This document shows, piece by piece, positions 51,543-64,000 of a DNA stretch of 64,000 bases. Position numbers and translations under genes: made by a program. Numbering within the stretch: position 1 is the first letter of the stretch; every line of letters starts with the position of its first letter. Under the pieces are notes generated by a model that was not told where the DNA came from, searched no databases, and worked only from the letters and a program-made list of their open reading frames with translations. The DNA is from Phoronis australis (taxonomy: Eukaryota; Animalia; Phoronida). The DNA is taken from contig NMRA01000199.1 of assembly GCA_002633005.1 (NCBI GenBank), positions 442,995-506,994 on the forward strand, given 5' to 3'.

Positions 51543-53507
51543 CTGAAATACCAGTCACAACGACATTATGGTGGCATCCACTTTGAAAACAAATAACAGA
51601 TGGGTAATGAAATTATCACACCACTTGTCGATTAATGAGGAAGTATATTGATACAGAACATAGTAACAACAAGCTGAATTGCAGAGCAAATTCAAGCACT
51701 CACTTACTTGATGAATAAGTCATACGTGACAAGGGCTAAAAGTGCTAAACCGTATCATAAACCGTTCAGCACTTCACATTATTTTAAGCTAAAGCACATG
51801 GACAGTAGTTATGTTATCGCGAGCCACAGAGGTTTCGTACTTCTAAAAAATTACACTTCAGTGAAGTTTGGTTGTGTGAATAGGCTCCTCCAATGATACA
51901 TCTTACTACGGGTAAAACCAACATGTTCAGTATACTTGAAGACTAGGAGCAGTGAAAACATTACTAAACACTAATTATTGAATATTTCAACACTAACATG
52001 ATTTATGTCTTTCAACTCCACAAAAATTGAGAAGTGTGTGACACTTTACACCATGACTGGAAACGGGTTGATCACTTTAAAAGTTAACTTCAAAAGTGTC
52101 CATAACATTGACTGCAGCCAGATTCCCAAAGAAGCAAACTCCAGCACAGGTGAAAACAAGCAACTATCGAGAACAGAGAGTAATCACAAATCAGTCTACT
52201 AGATGAATATGCACGTGTCCCGGGCATTTACATTTTCTGCATCAAGTGTAAGCTTCACCAAGCGTAAGAAAATTGTTCAAGAAGCACGCAATGTCAGGAC
52301 TCTAATTCACTTACCAACAAAACACTCTCGTGCTGTGCTTTCACAACAGGTTTAGTGCATCCCGTCAGATTGTTATGCATGAAAATAACACTCGTGGTGT
52401 AACCGAATACGACATAGCCCAAGGGCACAAGCTCTGGGTTCACTCCATTTAACAACAAAAACAGTGTCGCCAAAGAATTGATCAGAAAATAAATACAAAT
52501 TCAGGACCATTGTGTTGAATCCTGCCAATAAAACATCCATAACTGTACTAGGCCTAAAAAAAGTGTCGCATTTCAGTGATTAGCCAATGAGATCACACCA
52601 AACACAAGTAAGATAGGCCGAACAATGTAGATTCTTGTAACAAATAAATGCTAACAAGTCAAGTTTTAATTTGCCGTATGGATGTAACTGGTTAGGTATA
52701 GTACTCAGTCACGGGATGGCTTTTTCCACTAAGAAAACTAAAACAATGATATTTATTCAACAAATATCATAAGGACAATGTCACTACATAAGTCCAATGC
52801 ATGGCTCTGTTTTTCTAAACACTTACACAAATATTATGCCCAGATAATAAAGCACTAAGTTACCTTAAAAATTATCACACAACGTTAATAAGTATGTTAT
52901 GTAGCGTCCCACACAAAGATAATTAAATCACCTCAAGAAATATTTATGCAGCGTGTATAAGATTCATTTCAATTTTCCATATGGACTTTATTTTCCTGTC
53001 CTCGGCATATTTTGATCATGTTACGGAAGTTGTTTTCAAGATTCACATGCTAGTAGCTACATGTCAAAGGTTACTCTAGGGTCACATTAGGGTCACATTA
53101 CACAGTTATTTCACTGATGTAAGAAGACACATGTGACGCAATGCATTTAATCTGATAGTAGAAATTCTGACTTCTTGTTCCACAAAGGTCTTCAAAGTAA
53201 TCCAGTGCGTATGCAAAGCTAGATTTCGAAACCTTGAATGACGTCTGTATGTACTAAACCCCTAATTAGCAAACAACTGTTGAGGCCAGGGAGTAATCAG
53301 ACAGGCCAGACACAGCCAAAACAGTCAGTATGGACAAGATCAGGTTTCATAACAAAAAAATATTTAATTAATCATTATCACCAATTTTGCTGTTAATTGG
53401 CTGTTAGGCTGAACCTGTTTTCAACTAGCACAGTCAGGCATATGCATACAGACACTTGACAAGCAAAACTTTGATAAAAGTACCGGTATTAGGATGAGGT
53501 TTTCAAG

Positions 53508-54321
53508 CATGGCTCGACATAACGAGCTGATGGTCACATTTGTGACCTGAAATTTGGAAATGCAAACTGAGATTTTTGCCAGTTCGTATCAAGTTGCAAA
53601 ATGCGACCTGGAATTTCCAACGTACGCGAGCTGAGTTTTTACACTTCTCGACAGATACCTGGCAAATATAAAGCAGCTTGTATGAATCCGACAGTTATTT
53701 GGTAGTAGCTAAATCAAGTTCAAAGGAACACTAACCGAGAACAGCCCTCCCGATGACTTCTAAGCATGTCACGTGAACATGAGAAATGGAGACGTGTTAC
53801 TTTGGCAAACATTTTCTGCTGCAGGATGTTTTCCAAACATCGTTCAAGTTGCAAAGTTTGGGCTGTGAACAAAAATTGAGGGATTTGCACATGGAGTTAA
53901 TTTGAATCGTTAATGATTTTGATGACAGTCATATCGCAGGTCAGACCTAACAAAATCGTGGATACGAGTATTTTTGCCATTTTCACATTGCAAGCTTAGC
54001 TACTCGAATGCATGTGTCAGTTAGAGAGCACGGATTCAACTTTCACGTTGGCAACTAGCCTAATTACACTCTAGAACCTTTCAATGGCGGTCGTGAAGAA
54101 CAGTAACGCCGTATTTGAATTTAAGAACTCAATTTTGCACAGGTAAAAGCATAATATCAATATTTTCTCAATGATCTAAAAGGCCAAATTTGGCACGTAA
54201 CAACGGTGGAAAATTTTGCGACCTGGCATTTATGAACACGAGCTGGATTTTGAAAATGCGACGTGGGATTTTGGCTAAGTCGCAGAATGCGACCTGGCGA
54301 TTTTCATAGTATTGAGCCCTG
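53508..54321. mobile_element. 814-bp non-autonomous DNA transposon
   Basis: Termini CATGGCTCGA / TTGAGCCCTG with perfect 5-bp TSD TCAAG. Subterminal GCGACCTGG-type repeats cluster at both ends. Confidence 0.75.
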
Positions 54322-55068
54322 TCAAGGCTACAATACAAATAGGAACTGTTGAATGCCGCATAGGAACAGTTCCCTCCATGGAAATCAGAAAGTAGGCTGC
54401 TTTCCTTTTACAAACTAGGTAGAGTTCATTAACACTAGGACATCGCTAAAAAGCAAGACTTCACAGGATTACGTGAGATATCTGTGTATTTTAAATGAAA
54501 ACACGAGTGTATTTTAAGTGAAAACCCGTCATTTTGACTACATGTTAGTGAGGTCCCAGCATAGGTCCTGAACTTTACCCCTTTTTCCTAGCTATGACAG
54601 CAATAGGAACTCTCCTCTCTCACAGAAGCCAATTTCTTTGTATTAACATTTCAATTCAAAATACAATGATGCAAGTTTGCATGCATTATGATGATGAATA
54701 ACATATTAATTAGGATAATGACAAAATGAATTTGCATGCTAAGTAACAGAAAAAGTGATTGACAGATGTTGCATTGTGGGTAGCTACCTTAAAATGAGAG
54801 TTGTGGTTTTATTTTTCAGGACAGGCCTATCGGTTAATACTATCAAAAGGAATTGCGAGATCGACATTTGGGATCGAAAACTAGTTGCTTGATTTTAGAA
54901 GTGCCAGCCAAGCTCACGAAGACACATTATTTACTTGCCAATGCCCTGAACAATCTGCTTGGGAATGAAAATCATTTTCTTATGGGTTATGAAAAGATAT
55001 CCGACACACTTCGAAATTATTACAATTGCAGAATGAGTGAACATTATAGCTCTGTGTCATGGCATGAA

Positions 55069-55160
55069 CAATTGAACGAACTAGCAGCTAGTGCATTCAA
55101 TTGAACGAACTAGCAGCTAGTGCATTCAATTGAATGAACTAGCAGCTAGTGCATTCAATT
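55069..55160. repeat. 29-bp tandem repeat (CAATTGAACGAACTAGCAGCTAGTGCATT), 3.2 copies
   Basis: Directly visible, with one substitution in copy 3. Confidence 0.9.
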
Positions 55161-56011
55161 CTGATTGTATTTTTAGGCCTTGATGTCCACTGTCCCTCAA
55201 CAAAGGATCACTCCAGGCAGCCACTTCAGGCAGCCAGCAGACTCCATAGATCTCCATCTACGCTGGCCCTTAGCCTCAGTAACCTGGTTTCTAATTTGCA
55301 TTTTAAGTAAGGTGTAGACAGGTATTGTCTCTTTAAATAAAGATAACATCAAACGATAGCAGATAAAACAAAAAAAATAACATGAAAGCGCTCTGAGGAG
55401 CAACACTTGGTGAAATTGACTGAGAAGAATACTCATGATGACAGTGGTGATGATGGTGGCGATGATGAACGTAATGATGAATGAAGATGTCAGAAATGAG
55501 TAAGAAATATAGCCTTTTTCAATAGAAGGCAAACCAACAAAAATGCAGCAAAAATCAGTCAACAAAAGAACAGCATCATCAGAAAATCTGCATAATTCGA
55601 AAACAAGACGTCCTAGCAAAAAATAGATAACATTTTCTGAAAGCCCGTTCAAAACTATCTAACACAGTAGTTTCAAAAAAAATTCAATAAATATCCTCTC
55701 ATGTAGTACAACTAATGAAGAATCTCCCTGCAAGTTCGTTGCAGAGGAGCCAAAGTTGTCCCAGCAAATTCCAAAGTGATTTGCCAGAAAACAAGACGGG
55801 ATGTAGAGAACACTTTAGGCAAGTAGAAATAGGTATGCTGAACTGATTGAAGCAAGAGAGATTTGGAAAAAATAGAGAACATCAGCATGGCTTATAGACA
55901 GATCACTTAACACAAGCTTCCAGTCAGTAATATATTGTTATAGTTATTCTCCAAGGGCTTCATAAATAAGAACATGGTTTGCTATTAACTATACACAAAA
56001 GTGGATTAGAC

Positions 56012-56121
56012 TCCCCTGGACACCCAGTCTCCCAGCTTATCCGTAATTTGACAGAGCCTGTGAGTAGACGCCCCTGAGTGCCCAGTCTCCCAGCTTATCC
56101 ACAATTTGACAGAGGCTGTGA
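56012..56121. repeat. Two-copy direct repeat of about 59 bp
   Basis: CCCAGTCTCCCAGCTTATCC..AATTTGACAGAG.CTGTGA occurs twice in tandem. Confidence 0.7.
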
Positions 56122-59100
56122 TTCACAACTTCCTCAGTAGATAAACAAATAATAAACCTTATCACCCACTATAAACTACCCTGGGTCTGACACACTGGCA
56201 ATAGCCAACAGACCTCAGCTGGAGTGTTTCTTTTTGTTGAACCCAACACTCTGGTACCTAACAATGCTCATAAAACAGCTAGTTGCTTTGCTTGCAAGAA
56301 ATACGTAACAATTTTATTTTATGCAAATATTCAAAACCATTTTGACGCAGGTCACGTGACCACAAAAAGATTCCCCATAGCAAATGGTGCAACAAATTTG
56401 GCTTTGCAAAAATGAGATGTGGGCAAAATGTGTGATGAAAATTGTATAAGAATCAGTAAATCTATTACTGGACTTACGGTACGTGGAGATGGCTACGTTG
56501 CGTCCTCCTCTCGAGGATTTCATCACGCCACCGAGTTCTTATACTATGACCCAACTGGATGACTGAAAACATTCATCATATTGTGATGAAAATTGTTCTC
56601 ACAACCCCTTGGTGTAAAAACACTACAATTGTGTAACCAGTTGAGGCTAAGAGTTAATTCCTTCAGTTAACGAGGAAATATTAATGAGGCAACTCGTTAG
56701 TAGAAATGTGGACTCACTTGCCAGAAATTTCCTTTCACTGAGTCAAGCTGCTGCGGATTAGCATGCTCTGTTTTATTCACTTCAAGCTAGTCATGTGCAC
56801 ACTATGAGTTACTCTAGAACAACTCGCCCAACAGCATAATGTCTCCGTCAGCCGAGTGTCCACAATACGCGCCCTACATCTTGTAACAAAACGGTGTAAA
56901 AAGAATTAGACATCTGCATATAGGCCACTGAGCAAGTACACAGCAACAACATTAACTTTTTTTCTTTGAAAATCCAAACAGCAGGTAAAAGCAAGCGATT
57001 ATAAAAGTGTTCCTTCAAATAATCCGAGTTCAGAGTTATTATAACAGATAGAGCGGCAATACACCAGTCTTCCATTACAAAAAGAACTTTCATACCATTT
57101 ATCATTATGGAATTGGTCTCAAATTGTTCTAAAGTCAAATTGGAGGTAATTTTGGGTTTCGAAACAACTTACAGATTGTAATTGCTTCAAAGCTTGCTTT
57201 ACAAGTTGACTTGCTAGGCTCTGAGCATGGTCTGAAGGCATTACAAACTGTCAGCTCTTTGCAAACCTGCAAATCATCTCTTATCTCAGAAAGCAAAAAG
57301 TTTGCTTCTTAGAGTTCATTTTTTCAGAACTGTCCCATGTGACAAATTTCATGAAGATCCTCAATCAAACTTGATAGATATTGCGGCAAGCGCAAAGCTT
57401 GAGAGCAGATGCCAAAAACAGACACCAATGAAATCACTAAAATTGCCACAAGAGGGCGCACACGTTGAAACCAATAGGAAAATTGTTGGGTGAGAGGCAT
57501 CCCTCAAGGTCATGAAGGACCTTATCAACTATTCAACATATTTAGCCAAATATCTACAAAACTGCAGATTTCAACTCATACAAAGTATAACTTTTCTGAA
57601 AGTAGCGAGCATGCAGACTTTGATTTTTGCTAATCTCCCATTAAATGGGTCACGTCATCACATGTTTTCGGCAAAATAACATAAGAAAGGCAAATTCTTG
57701 GCAAAACTATGGTGTCAAAAACAAGACCAACTTTTGTTTGATATGCGGTACAAGCCAAAGGTATTCAGATAAAATGACCCAAAATTCTCAGTCACAACGG
57801 CTTGGCGGAATCCAAATACATAGTCAGAGTAGTCTTCTCTCATGACTGAGAATGAAGGGGAGTAAACAGAACAGTTGGTGAGGTGTGTTAAGCAATTCTG
57901 TAATTAGATTTCCGTCAGCCTAATAGCTATTACCAGCAATGTTTGTTAATAAAATTAGCCGTCATGACAGAAAACAGTATTTTGTCTGATAAATATAAAA
58001 TTTGTTTTACACAGTAACTGTTTAAGACGAAAACTCAGAAACACCATAAGTTTTTTCTTAATTATCACTTTTTTGATTTTTTTCACAAAAATCATTAAGT
58101 TCTTTTTTGATAACTTGAATACTTTCTGTTTCTTTTCTGTGGTGACGTCAGAGGGTAGGCACCGGGATAGTCTCTAGCCCTCCTCCTTCCAGTATCGCAC
58201 GCAATGTAAATTTGGAGATGCAACCAAGTTCGTGCTGGTTACACACTCTTCGATCTTTTACCCCGATACGAGTTTTTGCTGCATCTCCGTATTGCCATCC
58301 TCGCTCTATGAGGCGCTTTGTTGCCCATCTCTCCTGCTGTTGTACAATCTCGCAATACTTTAAAAACAGAGTTTTCGAAAATAGTGCATAAAGCATATCA
58401 CCAGAAAGTCTCTTGTGAATACCATCAGCCATTTCTAAGATACGTTCCGAAGTCAGTCAATTTTGGACATTTTTCTATGTAACCTTAGTACAAACATCCC
58501 CGTCAAGTTTCGTAAAACTCTATAAAGGGGTTTAGTACATGTAAAAGCAAACTGCAACGACTGAAGTTGCAACTAGGTGACATCGTACATTGAATTTATC
58601 CAAAAATCACCCTCATCCCTCATGACCTCCATACAAACACCGGCCAAATTTTACACAGATCCTTCAAGAGATTAACTCTACAAAAGGGGGGTGTTTTTGA
58701 AACAAGACCCTACGAAAGGGTGACTTTTTTACAGAAGCTCCCTTTCATTGAGTTTCCCCTTTTTTTCTCGAGTCCCACTCTCTCAATGGGTGGATATCCC
58801 AATTTTCTAGCTGTTCTTACCACTCAAAAAAGACTTGAGTACTCACAGGTTACACTAGATATCATCAGTACTTATCACGATCACCAGAAATAGAAAGTAC
58901 TGCTGAAGTAGGCATCTACATTACCTCGTCTTACACAACAAGTTGGAATGGCTAAATCAATTATTGTCAGAATGTAGTCTGATACTTCTTAGCAATTTGA
59001 TTAGTCAGGGTGCAGTCCACAAAGTGTTTCCTCTCCCAACATTGGTGCTCTACCCAGTTTCTGAGGCATCGTTATGTAGCGTACCCATTAGAATGTACAC

Positions 59101-62100
59101 CATTGAAATTGTAATACTGAGTTAACGCCCGTTATGGTAATTTTTCATTTATTCAACAAAAAAGAACGGCTGAAATTGTAGTTTTTCAAAGGTTGGTAAC
59201 CTTGCTGCAGTTAACGGAAACTTATCAAAATGTAGCTTTATGATACCCACCCACTACAAACATAGTAAACAAAAGACTAGAAATTTCGCAATCTTTGGTT
59301 TTGTTGTGCACTAGCCTCTTGTCAGCCATATTGTGAGCTGAAAAGGTGAAAAATTACCGTACATATCACATCTTGATAATGCCGCGCACAGCTAGGTTCA
59401 CACCACGTGACGTTAAACAACCTGATCACATGACTGCCTGTCACATGAATTTGCAAACAACCCAAAACATGTTGTGTGTCCCCAACGTGAACTTGGTACA
59501 CTTATTGACTTACTGGTGCAGACATTAACTTAGTAAGTTATCATCTAAACAAACATGGTAATCATGTTGACATATTAGTGCACACATCAACTAATTACAA
59601 CAGTTTCCATAACAATATTTTCCAACAAAACACCTCAAAGGAAACATTTGGAAAATGAAGTGATACAAAGATTTGTTTGACTTGACATTTGTCAAAGTAA
59701 AACTGTTCTCTGCACAAACTATCTTTCATCAACTTTGACAATTCAAGCATAAATGTATATAAATTGGAATTATCAGTTATCTGAAGGAAATTCCCCCAGG
59801 AATTAAGTTAATTCTAAAGTCACAGACAGTGAGCGTACAATGACCTATCGCAAGCTCCGCCCCCCTGCGAAAAGTCGACAAACAAACATTAAGTTATACC
59901 CAACAACATGATGTTTGTCAGGTAAAATGGCGGCTTGGAAACAAAGGTGTGTCAATAATCCAGCATTCTGATTGGTTCGTTAAGCAGTCACTCAAAATCC
60001 TGGCGATAGGTCAACTGTCATTCTTTTAGCTTCCAAGATTGTGACAAGGATATGTTTGGCACAGCTGAATAACTAGTGCATTAAGACCCAGCCAAGCACA
60101 ATGCGCTTTCTCATCCCTCATGCTGAAGGTTGTTTAACCCCTTTTACAAAGTAGGTGTATTAGACAAGAGGCAATTGCCTCCCATATTCAGGCAAAGTTT
60201 AAGGGAAAGTAAAAAATTTGGCAAACAATGTATCCCAATGGAAAAATACTAGAAAGACATGTGTGAGTGTGTGCGCGCGCATGTATGCGCATGTGTCTAT
60301 ATGTATACATAAAGGGGTGAAATCGGTGGTTATGACATGTGCCACTCTAACACTGAACAGTGAAGTCCAGATACACCCACGTTCATAACTCCTTCTCAAA
60401 GAACTTTGTTCGGAAGTTTAAAACACTTTTGTGATAAAAATCTGACGTCAATATACTTAAAAGATATCCTCACTCAATTTCCAGTTAGAAAAGTTGCCGT
60501 TAAAACTTGAAGTACACACAGCGGGTAATTGCTACAGTGAAAAACAATCTCATTTAATAATCGGACATGACAATTTGGTGTAATGGCAGGAACTCCAGTT
60601 ACATTTGGTTAGCTTGACGTCACAACGCACAAGTACGTGTGATGAATCAGTTTTTCTATTCCAAGCACAGATTGCAGTGATCTTGAAAAGTAGCCACTTT
60701 CTGTATTATACAAACAGTCATCAATGGAGTTATTTTTAGAGTGTTTTTCTAATAATTGTGGCAGCAAACACATGCATAGACCAAAGCTACACAAATTGCC
60801 TGATGAATAATTATTCTGTTGATGTACAAAAGACCTATGTAATTTATACACAATTATACAGTACATCACAATAACGTATGTAACTACATCGCCTCTTTTG
60901 TTACAATTTGCTAGCAATACTCAGCTAAATTTAATTAAGTACCCTTCAGCATGACATTTTCTAATGTAGTATCACAGTTTATGCTTACTATCTCTGTGAA
61001 AAACACCATTTACCAAGTTATGTTCACCCGCACATCACAACTGAGAATTAAATTTATAGTACACTTTACTGTCCATTCTATTCTACCGTACATACTAACG
61101 TAACTAGAAAGCTGACAACTATAGACTTCCAAGACATCTTATACCCCTTTCACAGACTGGCTAAAATGATGGTGCTTTTGCTGGTAGCAAAAATATCAGT
61201 CAGGTGAATAGTTACAAGAGTTACGTTTGCTCGCGCATTTCTGGCAGTTTGAGTTAACACAAAACGGCAAGTGTTTTTGCTAGCACTTTCAAAGCCAGAC
61301 TCCTTGAGGACACGTATGCGCAAGGGTAAGAGGCCGTTGTTTATCGTCACATTAACCGATTTCTTAAAGAAGACACAGGTAGTGAGGAAACGAATTAGCT
61401 ACTCACAAAATTGACCTTCATGGATAGTTCATTTTTCCAGCACAAACGCTAGCGTTGAAGCCAACGAATCTACTAGCATTTTCGCCACTCATGTGAACCT
61501 ACTAGTATTTGTTGACAAACATGAGTGGTTACTTAAAATACACTTTCTATTACATTAACCACTTGTGGCGTGTCTCACACCAAATCAAAACTGTCTTCTT
61601 CTGACACACCAAGTATGAGAAAACTACAAGAGGTAGACACAAAGACTAAAAACAAGGAATAGAAATTATTCAGTTGTAACTGGTTTATGAATTCAGCAGG
61701 CAAATCGAGACTGGCCTAAAATGAAACAAAAATTCTGTTACCATAAGCAAAGGATTAACACCAAAAATCCCAGATAAAAAGTGAGAAATAACTGTCAATG
61801 AGAACAGTGTATATAAAAACAGGTACAAATTTCAACTAAACACCTTCAAGTGAGAAATAAGACCCAAGTGCAGGAGAAAAGGGCTGATATGGTGTGGAAT
61901 GGACACTATTCTGATTTCCAGCGAAAATAAAAAATGAAAATTAGAATTCTTTAACTGATTCAAAGATTTCGAATAGAATTCAGTCGTTATTAATTTACCA
62001 AAAATCGAAAATGTAATCTACCAAATTCGTTATCCGAGACCAATTCTACTTGACCAATGACCACTTCACAGTGGACGTGGTGCTCATTTTTGTGGCTTCT

Positions 62101-64000
62101 CCACTTGAAAAATGACAATATGCCGTGCAGCACATTATCGGTAAACTGGAACTGCAGCACAATAGCAGCATAAAATCATTTGCATTTCCTAATGTACAAA
62201 ATGAAAAAACATCTGGTAATTTGTGTTTGCTAAAACAATTTCCCTGTTTTTCGATGATAACCGGTCTCGAAATGTCTAAAGTTGAGCGGCAGACACAACA
62301 GTAGTCACAACAGTTCTGTAAATCAATCACTGCAGGTTAGTTGCATAAGCAACTTTTTACGACAAACACCTGTCAAAAATTGAAATTCAAAACCAGACAC
62401 CATATACGAGCTTACTAGTGTTCATCGATAATGTATAATTCTGATAAAAACAAAAATGTACCTACCAACCATGAAAAGTCAAAATCCATCAGTTTCGATA
62501 TCACAGATTGTATTCTCAAAAATGCACACGACGGTGAGTTGCGTTGTGAAACGCGAGCTATCACACCACTAATGAACATGTTACCTACATGATATACTAA
62601 TAACCAATGTTAGACGGCTGAAAAACAACTCGACAACATTAGCCAATGTCGTCAACGCCAGATGTAATTACAAAAGATAAGTTTGACTTGTACGACAATG
62701 TATGGAAGTAGCGGTAACAAGGGTTTTATGTATCAATTAAAGACGCAGTTAAAGACTCTAGTTGACATGGGGTAACTAAGTGTGTGAAAACTTTAGTTGA
62801 AAGGGAACAAGTTGGGATCATAAGATCAACTTTGTCACTTGGTGTAAAGCAAGTTTCACCTGATAATATCTCATTCTGTGTCATCAAATCAAAAAAATAC
62901 AAATTTCTGCGTTATGACGTTAATTTCCGCCAGTAGACTTTCCCCGCTGATTCTGGTTAAAAACGACAGTTAATGACACATTATACCAGTTATAATCCCT
63001 TCTAGCAATCTATTGACGGTGCCAGTCCTTATTGTTCGAGTACAATACTAAGTTTTCTGATGACACAGTGAAAGCCGCAAAATGTTTTACAATACCTGTC
63101 AATAGCTACCAGGTAAATGTGTTTTTTCGATAGCACTTAGCGCATGTTGTTTAACCCGAGTTACCACAAGTGGAGCACCTGCTCCAGAGCACCAAAATTT
63201 CAAGAACCTGCTCTAACATCTGTATTCAGCACACATCAATACGACATTTACCATAAGTACAGGCATTCATGGTTCAAACTTGTAGGCTAAGTTTGAGTGC
63301 AGCACTGTGCCTGAAACTATTCGAGCATGGCAGCCACATTTAAAACTTTGGCGAAATCGTTGCATAGGAAGAAATTGAAGCATTTCCGTAAATTTTGATT
63401 CATACTTACTTTCGCGTCACGGTAAACCTTAACGTGTTCAGAATAAATTACTTCCGTTTTGACGTGGTTTCCGACATTGCCATGTAAATGTAACTGACAA
63501 GGATTAAATCACGCCAAGTGAACTCGTTCCATGTCAAGAGTTATTGGTTTAAAAGTACGTTATTATCATCAGGGGGTAACTACAATCATGGAACTCTACG
63601 TAGTGAGGGAAAAATCAACAAGGTACCAAATTACACGTGTTCCAACTGACCAATCAAAACCGGCTTGACGGCCTTACTAGTTTTTGTACAAAGTTTCAAA
63701 AAAATGCAAATGGAACGCAAACTATGAGATGAGGAAACCAAAATTTACATAAAACGAGACAAAAACATAGTGCTACAAGATGTCGGGCAGTCACAGCTGA
63801 AAAGGGAGGTGTTACACACAAAAAATTTGAAGACGTAACGCTCAGAGACTACTAATGACTGTTTTAAAGTATAATTGCACAGGAATAAAAATTAGACACC
63901 AAGAAAGAGCAACAATTCAACCAATGTAGAATGTCTCTCAGGTTCATGGGTCTTTTTCCCGAAAAATGACTGTTAGCCATGTGTTAGCAGATCACAGACT

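Noticed and set aside
47773-55160. The two 29-bp repeat arrays with internal palindromes, considered as CRISPR-like arrays
   Set aside because: Units are directly adjacent with no unique spacers, there are no cas genes, and the context is a eukaryotic intron.
55197-58432. ORFs 55197-55652(-) and 58148-58432(-) as upstream MCC exons or separate genes
   Set aside because: They have no recognisable motif or convincing splice sites, and their composition is explained by low-complexity or repeat DNA.

Overview
AT-rich, intron-containing genomic DNA from an invertebrate animal (probably a lophotrochozoan; the taxon is inferred, not established). Genes I can reconstruct by hand are: (1) an intracellular-type globin at 7410-9909(+) with the ancestral B12.2 and G7.0 introns and a probable extra intron at the end of helix H; (2) a two-coding-exon gene at 12360-15145(-) whose 290-aa product aligns with the YfiH/LACC1(FAMIN) purine-nucleoside enzyme fold but has lost two of the three His-Cys-His active-site residues, making it a candidate pseudoenzyme; (3) an intronless ADAM10/17-like metalloprotease at 18012-20570(+) with a CUE-like motif in its cytoplasmic tail; (4) two dynein light chain LC8 genes (24438-24707 and 31817-32086, both -) with identical proteins, 5 synonymous differences and unrelated flanks; (5) an intronless secreted, possibly GPI-anchored Cys-rich cbEGF protein at 35801-37144(+); and (6) 14 exons of an MCC (mutated in colorectal cancer) ortholog at 40761-51542(-) ending in ETSL. 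Intergenic and intronic DNA holds two non-LTR retrotransposon remnants, a 2.2-kb foldback-like inverted repeat, several unrelated MITE families that share CA...TG ends and 5-bp target duplications, minisatellites, and a 151-nt triplicated segment next to Ns that looks like an assembly artefact. All family assignments come from motif recognition by eye; no searches were run.
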